Shown here piece after piece: positions 12,789-25,300 of a stretch of DNA of 64,000 nt. The DNA comes from Lama guanicoe (taxonomy: Eukaryota). The DNA lies in the NCBI GenBank assembly GCA_013239625.1, contig MU053881.1:868001-932000 (forward strand). The letters are read 5' to 3'. Position 1 is the stretch's first letter; every line of letters starts with the position of its first letter. A model generated the notes under the pieces. The model did not search any database, had not been told where the DNA came from, and saw nothing but the letters and a program-made list of their open reading frames with translations. The position numbers were made by a program, and so were the translations under genes.

Positions 12789-13199
12789 GGAAAAGAGCAT
12801 TCTTAACAGAAGGAATAGAATGCAGGGAACTGGTTGAATAGGGGATGGAATAGCCAGCAGGGGCCGGAGATGCAGCCAGGCCTGGCCTGGGCTGGAGGGA
12901 TGGAGTGGGTTGGGGTCAGCTGGCGGAGGCTGGGAGCACAGTGGGCTTACCCAGGGAGAGCCAGAGCCACAGAGCAGATGCGGTTTGTTGCAGAGAGGCT
13001 ACCTGGGCAGAGTGGGAGGGACAGAAACATGCCAGCTTTCTTGTCCTTCTGCCCTCTAATCTCCTGCCAGTGCTTCCTCTGCTCTGAGCCCAGCTGGAAG
13101 CCAGGTGACATGGTGGCCTGGGAAATGCAGCCTGTAGGGTCAGGATCCCATGGGCAGGGCCAAGCAGGGGAAGGGCCAGGATGGAGCTCGAGGCAAACA

Positions 13200-13770
13200 G
13201 GCCAAAACTGGCAAGCTATCCTCTTGGGGAAAAAAAAAATTTACATGTCTATTTCACGGCTTAAAAAATATATTCCGGGTCACTCAAAGACTTAAACGTA
13301 GGAAACAAGAGAACTGAAGCAGCAGAGGAAAAATAGGAGGATGCAGACACCACCCTGGGGCACACAATGCTTTAAAGAACATCCAAATTAAAAATAAGCC
13401 ATGAAAGAGAGAACTGACGCTGTTTATACGACAAAACCAAAAATCTGTTTTATGACAAAAGATGTCACAAACAAATGAAAAACATATCGGATGAGGATAA
13501 AATATTTGCAACATATAAAAAACAAAGGATTAATACTAGGATATGTAAGCACGTCTACAAATCGATAATAAGGAGGTAAGGCAAGCCAGAAGGAAACCTG
13601 ACAATTCCAAGTAGAGAAAATTCAGAAAATGCTGAGATGGGAAACTACAAATAGACAATACAAATGAAATGATGGTCAGTTTCACTGGTTATTGGGAAAA
13701 TGCCAGTTAAAACAACAGTGAGATACCATTTTAGATAAACAAAAGGGATGAAGTAGTAAGTACGGGTGAC
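13200..13770 (+). mobile_element. Old L1 (L1ME-like) ORF2 relic
   Basis: aaagacttaaacgtagg, aaatatttgcaacatata...aaaggattaata, aaaacaacagtgagataccatttt. Confidence 0.6.
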
Positions 13771-13809
13771 AGTGTGTGATGGAGACTGAAAGACACCATT
13801 ACCCATGTT

Positions 13810-14250
13810 TTCAACAGTGACCACACCCCACAGTTTCAGTTTCACGCAGGGCCTCCCAGAATAAAGGCTGAAGTTCAGTCCCCTTTACAACTAGATGTGG
13901 CCGTGTGACTAGATTCAGGCAATGACATGTACGGAGAAGAGTGAAAGGGCAATTTCTGAAATCTTCCTTGAAGATGGTAGGCGTCCTTTGCCCCTCTTCT
14001 TTGTCCTTTTCTTCTTCATAATGCTGGGAATGCAGCCATGATGGCTGGAACCAGAGCATCAATCAGGAGACCTACAGGAAGGCAGGCCTGGTGGGAGAGA
14101 GCCACCAGGCGGGTCTCTGGGGACTTGGGGAAGCAGAGCTGCCTGGCTGCCCCAGCCTGCCCACCTCTGAGCTGTGACTTGAGAGAGGCCTACACTTCCA
14201 TCTTGTTTGTTTTCAGTTCCTGGTACTCTTAGCCAAATGGAATCCCAGCA
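13810..14250 (+). mobile_element. ERVL LTR, LTR33-like
   Basis: caactagatgtggccgtgtgactag...ctgggaatgcagccatgatggctgga. Confidence 0.55.
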
Positions 14251-14279
14251 GGTGCAGGGATATAGATGGACACAGGCAT

Positions 14280-14562
14280 TGTTATAAGCTGACTCGCGTC
14301 TCCCCTAAAATTCGTATGTTGACGTCACATCCCTGAGGACCTCAGAATGGGACTGTATTGAGTAAAAACGAGGTTCCATGAGTGGGCCCTAATCCAATGT
14401 GACTGATGTCCTTATAACGAGGAGATTCGGACACAGACATGCCCAGAGGGATGACCGTGTGAGGACACAGCGAGAAGATGACCCTGTGAGTCGAGGAGAA
14501 AGGCCTAAGGAGAAACCCACCCTACCAGCGCCTCGGTCGTGGGCTTCCAGCCTCCAGAACCG
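14280..14562 (+). mobile_element. ERVL-MaLR LTR, MLT1B-like
   Basis: cccctaaaattcgtatgttga...ctcagaatgggactgtatt...gggccctaatccaatgtgactg...ttccagcctccagaac. Confidence 0.8.
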
Positions 14563-14919
14563 CAGTCCTGTTTTGGCGGCCTGTGCAGATGGACACAGGC
14601 GTGGCGGCAGGCAGCTGGGCTGCTGACGAAAGTCAAGGCAGCTTCTGCGCTTTGATGCTTCGCTGCGGGCAGAGGAGGCTCACTACAGCGCCTGGAGCTG
14701 TGCTTGGCTCGCAGCAGGTGCTGATTAAGTAGTTGTTTTAATGTGTGAATCATGCATAAGGCTCTTGGCTGCAGCATTACCCACACGCGCATGAGCACGG
14801 GGACAAACGTCCAGATTCACACACATACCCGTGTCGTGGTGACTGCACTGACCCCTGCAGAGGGGGTGCGAGCTTGGGCTGCTTATGGGCCCCCATAGCT
14901 TCATCCATAGTGCTTCAGT

Positions 14920-15029
14920 CTTTTTTTTTAATTTGAAGTATAGTCAGTTACAATACATCAATTTCTGGTGTACAGCACAGTGTCCCAGTCATGTATATAC
15001 GTGCATACATCCGCTTTTGCATTCTTTTG
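14920..15029 (-). mobile_element. Short L1 3' tail
   Basis: poly-T then tgaagtatagtcagttacaat...tttctggtgtacagcacag; TSD-like tagtgcttca/tagtgtttca. Confidence 0.85.
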
Positions 15030-18000
15030 TAGTGTTTCAAATGGTTGAGAGTATCAGGTAAGGAGGCAGACTTCAACCTCTCGTTTTCCACTTGGAAGCA
15101 GTGGCGGCAGGCAGAGCTCAGCCCATCCCTGGCCCACAGCCACCTCCCTGCTGCCCTGAACTGAGTTTTGGGCAGGCTCCGGCTGGCTTGGCCAGAACTG
15201 GGGCACTGGCTCTCCAGTGGGTCCACATGCTTCAGAAGGCAGGGAGCCTCAGACTGCAGCGGGAAGTTGGACCCTCAGGGAACTGCTGTAGGTCGCCCAC
15301 TGCACCAGGTGGGGAGCTCCCACCAGGCTGGGCTGCTCGGGGCAGGGGTGCTTGGTCCCACCGCTCACAGATCTGGCCTCCTCATTGGCCTCCTTGCCTC
15401 CTGTGGTTGTAGAGTCTGCTCCTCTCGCTCTCCATCAGACACTTCCATCCTGCCCTCAGCAGGGCTGCCTCGGACCCACCTCCCTGCCCCTCTGGCCTGG
15501 AGTGGCTGGGTTTGTACCCAGCAAAGTCGCCGAGCATCTCCTAAAGTTCACGGCCCGGGGAGGGCAGCTGGAAGTTCACAGCAGCCCACCAACATCTATG
15601 GACCGCTGCAGCCAGCTATGGGGAGCTGACTGGGCCGCACGCTGGGGTTTCAAAGGGACTTTCTCAAGCCCCAGTCTTCCTTTATGCATGGCACAAACCT
15701 TTAGGAGCTCGTGGCAAGTACTTGCTGTGATTCAAACCCTGAAGGTGAGAGTTAGAGCAGACCAGGTGGCTTCTCAGGCCAGGGACCAAAATGGTTCAAG
15801 GGGGCTGTGTCCACAGACGCCCCTGCCAGCCAGAGGGCAAGTGACTGGGGCAGAGGGCAGCGCTCCCAGGGTGGACAGGGAGCTGGGCGGTGCTCCAAGT
15901 GTGGACAGCTGGTCCCGCTGGGCACCTGTCGCAGGTAGGGTGCTGTGACCATCCCCACGAGCTTGCTTCAATGGAGGCTTAAATTACTTTCAGCCACTCA
16001 CAAAGGAAATGGAGCCAATCCCAAACCCCCCGCCAGCCACCAGGAAAGAGACTTCAGCAGAAAACACCAAATGGGCCCATTATTTCCTTTCTCTTGTGGG
16101 CCTAGGGGTCTGGAGGACACGAGGGGAAATGAATTGCTGGTTCCTTTTGTCCAGGGGTCACTTTCTTCTGGGGGCCTCCTCTGGCCTCGTCTCTACACCC
16201 ACAAGCTGCTGGGAAAGAGAGAAGTCACCGCCTCCGGGCAGCTGGTCCCCTGGCATCCTGCAGCGCGAGTGCACGGCCAGCCTCTGCCTCTGTGTTTCCA
16301 GACCCCCTGGCGACCCCAGGCCCTGGACCCCAGCCAGCCCGGGAAGGAGGGTTCAGCTGGCCATGCAGCCACGACCATGCCCGTGACGCCAGCGTCCTGG
16401 GGACCCTGGACTGGCAGGGGCCTCTGCTCTGCCTGGGGGCTCTGTTCACATGGCTGCTACCACCTTGGTCGCTGGTGCTCTGATGGCCTTGCAGTCGGCG
16501 CTGGGCCTCAGCTCGCTCCGCAGTGCCTGGATCTGGTCACCGGCTGGGCCCTATGCTGGTGAGAACCACCTGGGGCTCTTTCCAGCCCTGACGGCCCCCC
16601 ATCTGTCCCATGGCCTCCTCAGACACAGACTACCTCTCCGTTTTGTCTGGGACGCTAGCTGGGGGGGTCCCCTTTCCTCGTCAGCCTGAGTAGCTCGTTC
16701 GGCCGGGTCCTGCCTGGCTGCCGTGTCTCCTGCCCACCAGCTGGAAGGGGTTGCACCAGGCACGGGTGGGGAGCTGTCATGGAGGAGCGTCGGGGCAGGG
16801 CAAGGCGGACCCTGGATCCTGCAGCTTGGCAGTGAGGCGAAGCCTCCCTGGACCCCAGACAAAGCTGGCTGCCCCGTGGGGTGACGAGAGGAGGAATGTC
16901 ACTGGCAGCCAGGCTGCCAGAACCGCTCAGAAGGGCTGCCCCTCCAGCAGGCAGTGAGGGGCTGGGCCCTGGGGGGCCGGGTGCTGAGGGCAGGCAGGGT
17001 CTGCGAGCTGGCCCCTGGCCCTGAGTGGGGTGGGCCCCAGAGGGCTCTGCGGGGTCCAGGGAGGCTGCAGGTCCCGATGGGGACAGCACAGACACGAGTC
17101 TGAGGCTGCTTGCCGATCACCTGCTCCAGCCGCGGAGGCAGCCTGGGCTCTCCAAGGCTTCCTTTCCCATCTGTGGGCTGGGGACAGAGAGGTATACTTC
17201 AGAGCAGGCGCTGCACTTCAGTAAGCTACGGCCGCAAAGCCCCCAGCCCTGGTCCAGGGCCAAAAGGACACAACCCACCTCTCAACAGGGTAGGCAAAGG
17301 CTCAGAAATGGATTCCTCGCGAGGAAAATGTAGGTCCCACTCAGCCTGACGGTCTCCCTGGGTCCCCCAGCATCTCACCCTCTCTGTAATGACGTTGTGT
17401 GTGGGCCTGCAGCCTCCCGGTCCCTCCTCCCATGATCCTGGGAAGTCGGGGCTGGAAGCCCCTGGGTTTTATAGATGACAGCCCCGAAGGTCATGCAGGG
17501 AGGCCCTGCACCCAGCCCGTGGTCGTCTTGTGGGGAAACACAGAGACAAATCTAAAAGCCAGCCCCCGCTTCTGAGGAGTTAAAGGCTGGATAGCCCAGG
17601 CGGGTTGGCCCAGGAGGAGCCTTGGCCAGGGGAGGGGCTGAGCGCCACCTTTTGTCCTGGGAAGAGGGGGAGGGGGACAGGAATGCACAGTATGAGGGCT
17701 CCAAGGCTGAGTGTGGGAGGTTCTGAAGCTTCCTGTCCTCTAAGGGTCCCCAGAGAGGCTCAGAGACTGGAAGTGATTGTTTTTTCCTTGAAACTAATTG
17801 CTATTCTGAGATTCAGTGAATTAGGGTTCATGGAAATGTTTAAGTCCCTGGGGGTAGAATTCAGGTGTTTCTCCTTGTGTGTCCCTCCTTGGCGCCTGCT
17901 TGAAGATTTGCACAGAGAATCCTTCCTGTTCCCCTTGTGAGGGGCTCTGGCTTCCTGGGCCAAGGGCACCGGGCGCTGACTTGGGAAGGCACCGCGTGGC

Positions 18001-18339
18001 CATGCCCGGGTGGCCAGGAGGGATCTGTGCCCGCTGCCAGGCCAGAGTTCTGCCAAGGTGAGCAGGGCAGGCGGGGCGGGCTTGGAAGCCAGAGGGCGGG
18101 CTGAGCGAAGGCCAGCCTCTTCTCTGTCCCGCTCACCCCGGCCCTTCCCCAGCCTCCCGGGCGTGGCCCCGATGGTCCCTGCGTGCACGCGCACAGGCGG
18201 CAGCCCCGCGGTCTCCCGCGCCCTCCTGCTTCCTCACGTAGCAGGTAATGCCTGCATACTCTTACTTAATGCCGCGCCCTGGAAATCTTTCCAGGTTGAT
18301 ACCTAGAGTGCGTCCGTGTCCTTTTTATAAATAGCTCCA

Positions 18340-18560
18340 GCATCAGTCAGGGGCCTGGCAGGAAGCAGATGGCTCACTTAAATTGGGTAATTTGAGGAGC
18401 GTTTACTAAAAGGGATTCTTTACGGAGGTGTGGGCAGGACATAAGGGAAGTCGTGAGGGGTGGCCTCTGTCCTTATCATCCAAGGCCAGAGGGACGAGGG
18501 GAAAGGGCGAGAGACAGGCCAGCAGGGCCGCTTGGCAGGAGCGGTGACCTTCGGTGAAGG
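18340..18560. mobile_element. Old ERVL-type LTR fragment (family uncertain)
   Basis: cagtcaggggcctggcaggaagcagatggctcacttaaattgggtaatttgagg resembles an old ERVL LTR terminus. Confidence 0.5.
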
Positions 18561-21519
18561 GTGCAGCCAGGCTTCGGTGACTCTGCGGGAGGGAGGGTCT
18601 GTCTCCTCCTGCTCCCCCTCCCCGATGGCTGAACCAGGCCCGAGGCCAGAGGGCAAGGGAGCTGTTGTCCCAGTCACACAACAGCCTCCGGGGCCCTGAG
18701 GACAGTGCGGGGTGGACGGTGATTCGGATGGGCAAGTGGGAAGACCTTCAGGTTTTTGCATGTCCTTCTAGGTTGCTGGGCCATACAACTTTTTTTTGTA
18801 AACAAGGTTCTTTGCTTAGATGTCCAATCTGTTGCTCTTACATATGCAGGCCTATGGGAAGGACGCATTTTCAGAAGCAAAATTGCTAGGTCCGAGGGTA
18901 AATGCATTTGCTGTTTGGGTAGCCACTGCCTTCTGTCGGGTAGCGCCTCTTTCCATATAGTTTCCCCAGCACAGCTTGCTGTCAAATTTGCAGTTCTGCC
19001 CAGCTGACCAGGAGAAGCCACCACAGTGCTAATCTGTATCGCTCCTGCTGGGTGAGTCAGGTCGCTGACCTGGTGGGAGTCAGAGTCACACTTCGTCTAT
19101 GTCTGAGGTCAGAGGCCTTCTCCTTCGCGTCTCGGGGGCTGTGTTAAGCTCTCTGGGAAGACACTCCCGGCCCCCAGGTCTGGGCGGGAGGCCAGGGGCT
19201 CCCCAGAGTATGCGGCATAGCCACGCCTGGGAGGGCAGAGCTGTGCTGGACGAGCTGGATCCTGGCCCCTGGCCTGTGGAAGGAGCTTATTTTTGCCTAA
19301 ATTAAGAAACGAAAGCCCGGAAATCAGGACAGCAGCAGTTGATAGAGAAATGCAGTGTTTTTCAGGAACATCTTTGGATTTGCCCCGTGGCACTGAAAAG
19401 CTCTCTTAGCCTCTGAAGGGCTTAAGGAAGAGCGGGCGCCCAGCCAGCCCCGTAGACAGTTGAAATGAGCGCAGGCAAAAGCTTCCATAATGCGTGTGCC
19501 ACGCCGCCAGTCCCCAGAGTCCCATGAAAGGATGGATTATGTTTTCAGCAGGAAGAAAAGAAATTTGTCATCTCCTCCAGTGCTGGGAGGCAAGGTCACC
19601 CTGACTGCTGAGTTGCCTTCCTCCTGACACCAGGAGTGTCCCTCAGGTGTTGGGAGAGGCTGAGGGCCTTGGAGGCCAGTGGGACAGGCTCTGCAGATCA
19701 CCCCTTGCCTCATGGGAGGGGTGACACTTCCGGAGGGCCCCCAGCTCCTTCTGCCCCCTCCCACGGGGCCTCCCCTGCGTGCACGCTCCTCACTTGTGGT
19801 GGCAGTATCCCCAGAGAACCATGGCTGCCACCCACCCCGGCTCTTGTGCTGCAGGGGTCTCCATCCCTCTGCCTGGGGACCATACTCCCGCCCGTCCTGT
19901 GGGCAAGAGTTGCTAACATACAGTGACCAGAGAACATGGCCTAAAATGGCCAGCGCTGGACAGTTACTGAACGTGGTGTAAAATACTGAGATCCATTCTT
20001 CAAGCGCCTACGTCACTGTCCCCTTACCCCGCCTGCTCCCACCCGCTTCCTCCTTGTGTGTCATCTCCAGGGGCTCCGACGCCCTCCCCACTCAGGGAGG
20101 TCCACCTTCTCTTGCAGTCTGGGAGAAGATCCCGCTCCTCCTCAGAGCCTCAGTTTCCCCACGAGAACTGCCAACAGCGGGGTACAAGCCTGGGTCAGAC
20201 ACTCAAAAGCAGCTGGCTGCTGACAGGAGGGGGCTGTCTCTGGGGCTCACATCTCCCAAGGGGCTTGGGGTGGGGAGGGAGTCAGAGTTGGCCTAGGGGC
20301 ACTAACTGGGCAGTAGGTGCCCAGTAAACATTGTTGCCTGGGGTCCTTCGGTGGGGACAGAGCCTGAGCCTTGGGCGCGAGGGGTAAAGGGAACAGTTGG
20401 TGCAGACGGCGGGGTACGGGCATGCAGATGGCAACTAGAAGCAGGACCAGAGCAGCAAGCGCCCCAAGCCAAGAGCGTGGGAAGTCAGGAATGGCTGCCT
20501 GGTGGCAGGGCAGGGCACTCAGCCTTGAAGGATGTGATGATTCTGACAGCTGTGGGGCTACGAAGAAGGGTCTTCAGGCCTGAGCAAAGAGGAGGAGAAG
20601 GAACGTGCTGGGTGTGTGTAGACGCACAAGCGAGTCATTTGTGTTGGAGGTGAAAACGGACGAGAGACACACGAAGAAGCCTCCACCCGATTATAATCAG
20701 AGGATGCAAATTACAGCAGTGAGAAAATGCTTTTCCCCTCAAGTGTTACGTGGGCAAAGATAAAACCGCGTTAGAATCCAGGCTTGGAGCGGGGTTGGGA
20801 GGCTGACCCTCTCACCCTTGTAAACCGGGTCAGTGCAGTGATGGGTGTGGGGAGCCAGAAAACGTGTGTATGCTTTACCCTGCCAGGCTGCTTCCAGACA
20901 CTTTTCTCAGGATGTAACTAAGGCTGAGCGCCAACATTCAGCTCTACTGATTTTCATCAAATCACTGCTTATGACCACAAAGAATTCTCAATGTTTAACT
21001 GAGAATCGGTGGGGTAAACGTTGGTCATTAAAACTTCTGCAGTAAAAGAGCAGTGACTGGCGTGAGGAAATGTTCCTGATAAGCCGTTGGGTGGGAACAG
21101 CAGGCTGTAAAGCAGCGTGAACAGCGCAAGGCGGGCTTTGTGGAAATGGACGCGGGCATGTGTGCGTGGTGCGTTCTTCCTGCTCCCAGGTGCTGCGGGG
21201 TCCCCCCTCCCTCCACGTCCTCGAATGGGTGACCCTGCCTCCCTCTTTCTCTGCAGTGGCCGCAGGTGCCCACTGAGCGGAACTGCCTCTCAGACTCTCC
21301 CGCCTCGCCTCACGCAGGTGCTGGAGAGCTGGTGCCCGGCCGGCCTGCCTGGGGGAACTGGGCGCACACCCAGCTAGCACTAAAAGGGTAGCTTTGATCT
21401 GCTGTTTGCCACAGCCCCCTCCTCTTCCTACAGCTTCCTTGAAAACCTCATGGGCAGGGAGTGCCTGGGCTCAGATGAGGTTTGAGGGGTTCCCCATCCT
21501 TCCATAATTTATGCTTAAA

Positions 21520-22150
21520 CTTTTGAATATTTACTCTCTGTTTCAAAAGGCACAAAAGACTGTAGAGCGAAAAATATGATTTCTAACCATGTCTCCTAGT
21601 CCATCAGATCTACCCAGTGTTATCAATTTCTTGTGTGGCCTCCCAGAAATGTTTTAGGAATTTGATGACTATTCAGACAATTACACATAAGTAACCTCCC
21701 CCCACCACTTTCACACGACTGATAGTGCACTGTACGTGCCTCTCTCTGCATCTTTCTTTTCACTTAATGATGCGACTTGATGATAACTGCATACCAGCCC
21801 ACAGAGAGGGTCCGTTTTCATGGCCGTGTAATATTTCATAGCATGGAATCATCATCATTTATTTAACAATGGATGTTTAGGTTGTTTCCCACCTTTTACT
21901 ATTACAATGAAGCTTTTGCACAAGTCAATTTGCACCTGTGAGACACTATCTGTAGGATAAGTGGTCAAAGCTTTGTATCCTGGAAATCTGGCTCAAAATG
22001 ACCAAAGTATCCTCCACAGAGGATGCACCAGTTTACACCTCACCAACCATTTCTCTACCCCTTTGCTAACACAGTGAGTCTTTAGACTTTTTCATCTTTG
22101 TAAAACAGTTTAAAATTTGTTCACTTACTATGAATGGGGTTGAACATCTT
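21520..22150 (-). mobile_element. Old L1 3' end (L1ME-like)
   Basis: tttttcacttaatg, tggatgtttaggttgtttcc, caccagtttacacctcaccaac, ggggttgaacatcttttt. Confidence 0.6.
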
Positions 22151-22197
22151 TTTAATATTCTTTTTCTAAAATTGTGAAATATAGCACACATACAGAT

Positions 22198-22311
22198 AAT
22201 TTTTTAAGTTGAAGTACAGTCGTTACAGTGTGTCCATTTCTGGTGTACAGCACAGTGTCCCAGTCAGGCATACATATATACATGTATTTGTCTTCATATT
22301 CTTTTTCATTA
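22198..22311 (-). mobile_element. Short L1 3' tail
   Basis: ttgaagtacagtcgttacagtgtgtccatttctggtgtacagcacagtgtcccagtc...ttcatattctttttcatta. Confidence 0.85.
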
Positions 22312-25300
22312 CTACACGTTTGTCTGGTAAAATGAAAAATTATAAATGAAACTCTCAGATAATGGAGTAGATCAGGAATTAAAACAGACCAGCACCCCAG
22401 GACCCACTCCCACTGTGTGAGCCCTCTCTGGTCTTGACCCCTTTCTCCTGCATGGGTAGCCACACTCCTGAGTCCTGTGATAGCCCTGTTCTTTCAGTGG
22501 TGCCCCTGGAGATCACTGCCGGTCCTTAACTTAGCAAAACCTCTGGTTAATCAATGCCCTCATCTTCCTCCCAGATGACAGACCATTGAACCCTTAAACG
22601 TCATTTACCACCACCCCGAACTGATACATTATTGTGGTCGTATATTTTAACTCCATCTTCTTCTTAATGATTTCTTCTTTCCACGTATTAGGAAATTAGA
22701 TTTTTGCCAGTGATGTGAGTTGCAAATATTTCTGTCTGTCATTTTTAATTTTTATTTTGGCCATAGTGATTTTGCCATGCAGAATTTTCCAAAATATGTA
22801 TGTATTAATGAAAAGAGACAAGTAGGTTTTACACCAAATGAGAACAGCCCTCACCACAGTTAGGGCTGAGTTGTGGCTCATTTGGAGGTTTTCCCTTTGC
22901 CTTTATAAAGTTGTTTTTTTCTGTATTGAGGATATATTACTTCTGTAAAAACCAGAAAGAAATGGAGCAGATGCCATACAAGTAGAGTTGTTCATCTGTA
23001 GCAGGACCGTCCAGGGCTTCGTGGACCCGGGAGCTGACGCGGCCACTTTGCATTGAGGCCCAGGTGGGTTTGGTTCTGCCTCCCTCCCACCCCGGCTGCC
23101 GCAGGCCCCATGGTCTTAGCCTCTCCCATGACCTCCCCAGCTGTTTCTGGGAGACCCAAACAGGGTCTCTGAGGGGTCCTCACCTGTCAGTCCTCGGTGC
23201 ATCATGCTGCTGGCATCTGCAACCTTGAACCTCTCTGCCGGGCTGCCCCCACACATGGGGCCACCCCTGATGCTCGGGGACACTCCTGAGACGTGAGTCA
23301 CGAGAGCTGGATGGCTCCTTGACCCTGTGGCACCTCCTCAAGGGGCTGGCTGACCGCAGGCAGCTTTAGTGAGGATTTTCCTCTTTCCTTCTATGATCTT
23401 TCTACGCCTGGGCTGCACCCTGCTTAGCTGGTGATTTCAGACTGAAGGCATGAGGGACTGAAGATTTGGGGGTCCAAAGCAGGAGCGGATGGGACTTGCA
23501 GAGTCCAGGGATGCCCTGAGGGGTGCTGGGCGCTCCACTCCACTAAGCAGGGGTGACCCCTGGGACAGTCACTGGGGGACTCTCCCCAGAGGGCAGGGTG
23601 CCATTCTGAGGGCATGGCAGGTACACAGTCTGCTCACCATCCTCCAGGCGTGGGGAGCAGGCGGCTGGAACCACCCCTGTCATGCCCACTCACCCTCCAC
23701 CCCCCGCTTCCAAGCCCACAGCCCGGGAGGAGCGCCCAGCGATCCTCACCTCCCACCGTCCTTGCCTCGCAGTCCGTGGGAGACGTCCCTGGGAGATGGC
23801 CCCTGGGTAATCGTGCGTGCTTTTTAACGTGACCAACCCCGAAGCTTCCAGTAGACAGGCTTGCTTTTTCTGGTGAGTGACTAGGAAGCTCTGGGACGTA
23901 GCTGTGGCCCGCTCTGGCTAGCCCAGAGCTCAGTTGGCCTTTGTTTTCCAGTTAGCCTTGCTTCTTACTCCTCTCTGTGTCCCTTTGCTTGTTTCTCCTT
24001 CTTTTTTGGCTCCCACATTTAATTTATGCGATCTTGTTATATATGTGTATCCTTGTAAGCACCTTAAATCCTTTCCAGAAGCGTTGGGTAGAAATCATAA
24101 ATACCACTTCTATCTTCATCCGGAGTCTGGAGGTGGGTAAACATCTCAGTGACAGCCAGTCTCGTTAACCCTCGCCTGGCCAGGCAGAGCGAAGGCTCCT
24201 GAGCAGAGAGGGCCGTGGGGTCCAGAAACGTCCCCTGCAGACCACGGAGAGGTTCTGGGGAGCGGGCGGGTGGAGGCAGGAATCCACCGCCGGTTGAGGG
24301 AAGGGGTTTGCGTAGGGACCATGGGGCACTGGGGGGCGGGGAGCCTGCATGAGTGCTGCCAAGAGCTGCTGGGAACCCTGATTTCTGTGGGGTGAGTCTC
24401 CAAGCAGTCTCAGCCTTCTGGGCATTTGAGAAAAGGCACATTTCACTGATCTGGGATGGAGTTTTTCCAGGCTTGTTTGGCAGAAGGATGGAACGAAAGG
24501 TTGCTATGGGCGCTGGCAGAAGGGGAGCTGAGGGGCTCAACCGCTGTCCCCACCTGGGCGGGGAAGGCAGAGAGGCCGCGAGGTGTGGACAAGACCCGTC
24601 GGGGTTGGGGGAGTGCTGATCGGCTGGGATGAGAGGTTCAGGATCGTGTCCCAGAGGTGGCGCTGTCCTGGGTGATGAGATGGTTTCAGGTTGGCCTCAG
24701 CAGAGGCTGGCTGAAGTGGTGTGGCAGGAAGGCCACTGGCCATATGGATGGGCCACCCCTCTGGGTGCTGGCCCCTCCCTGGGGCTGGCAGTGGCAGGGT
24801 GGGCCAGTGAGTGGGGGTACAGGGTGGTCGAGCTGGATGGGCAGCCCTCCCGGGCTGGTGGAAGGACACCGCGTTGGGTCTAGGGCTTTTTCTGTCCAGC
24901 AGCCATGTCCCTCTTCTCCCAGGGGCAATGCCCAGAGGCCTGTGGGAACCTGCCTGCCTCCCACATCCACCCTGAAACCATCGCCCTCAGGAGCTGCAGT
25001 GTGAGGCCACGGTAGGCCTGTCCACCACGTTGGTCCAGCTGTATTGAATGGGGATGTCTGGGAAGAGATGCTTTCTTTTTTTTGAACTTGAATTTGGAAA
25101 GATGAAGGCCTGAAACTATGAGTAGTGCCATGAGGAGGCTGAAAGCAAAGCCATGCAGAGTGGACTGGAGGAAGGACTAGAGAGACTAGAGGAGCAGGAG
25201 ATGCTTTGAGCCCCCAAATCCAGCTGCCCCTGAAGATAATTTGTTGAGCCATATGTTCAAAATCTCCAGGGGTAGGTTGGACTTCAGGAGAGACGAACCA

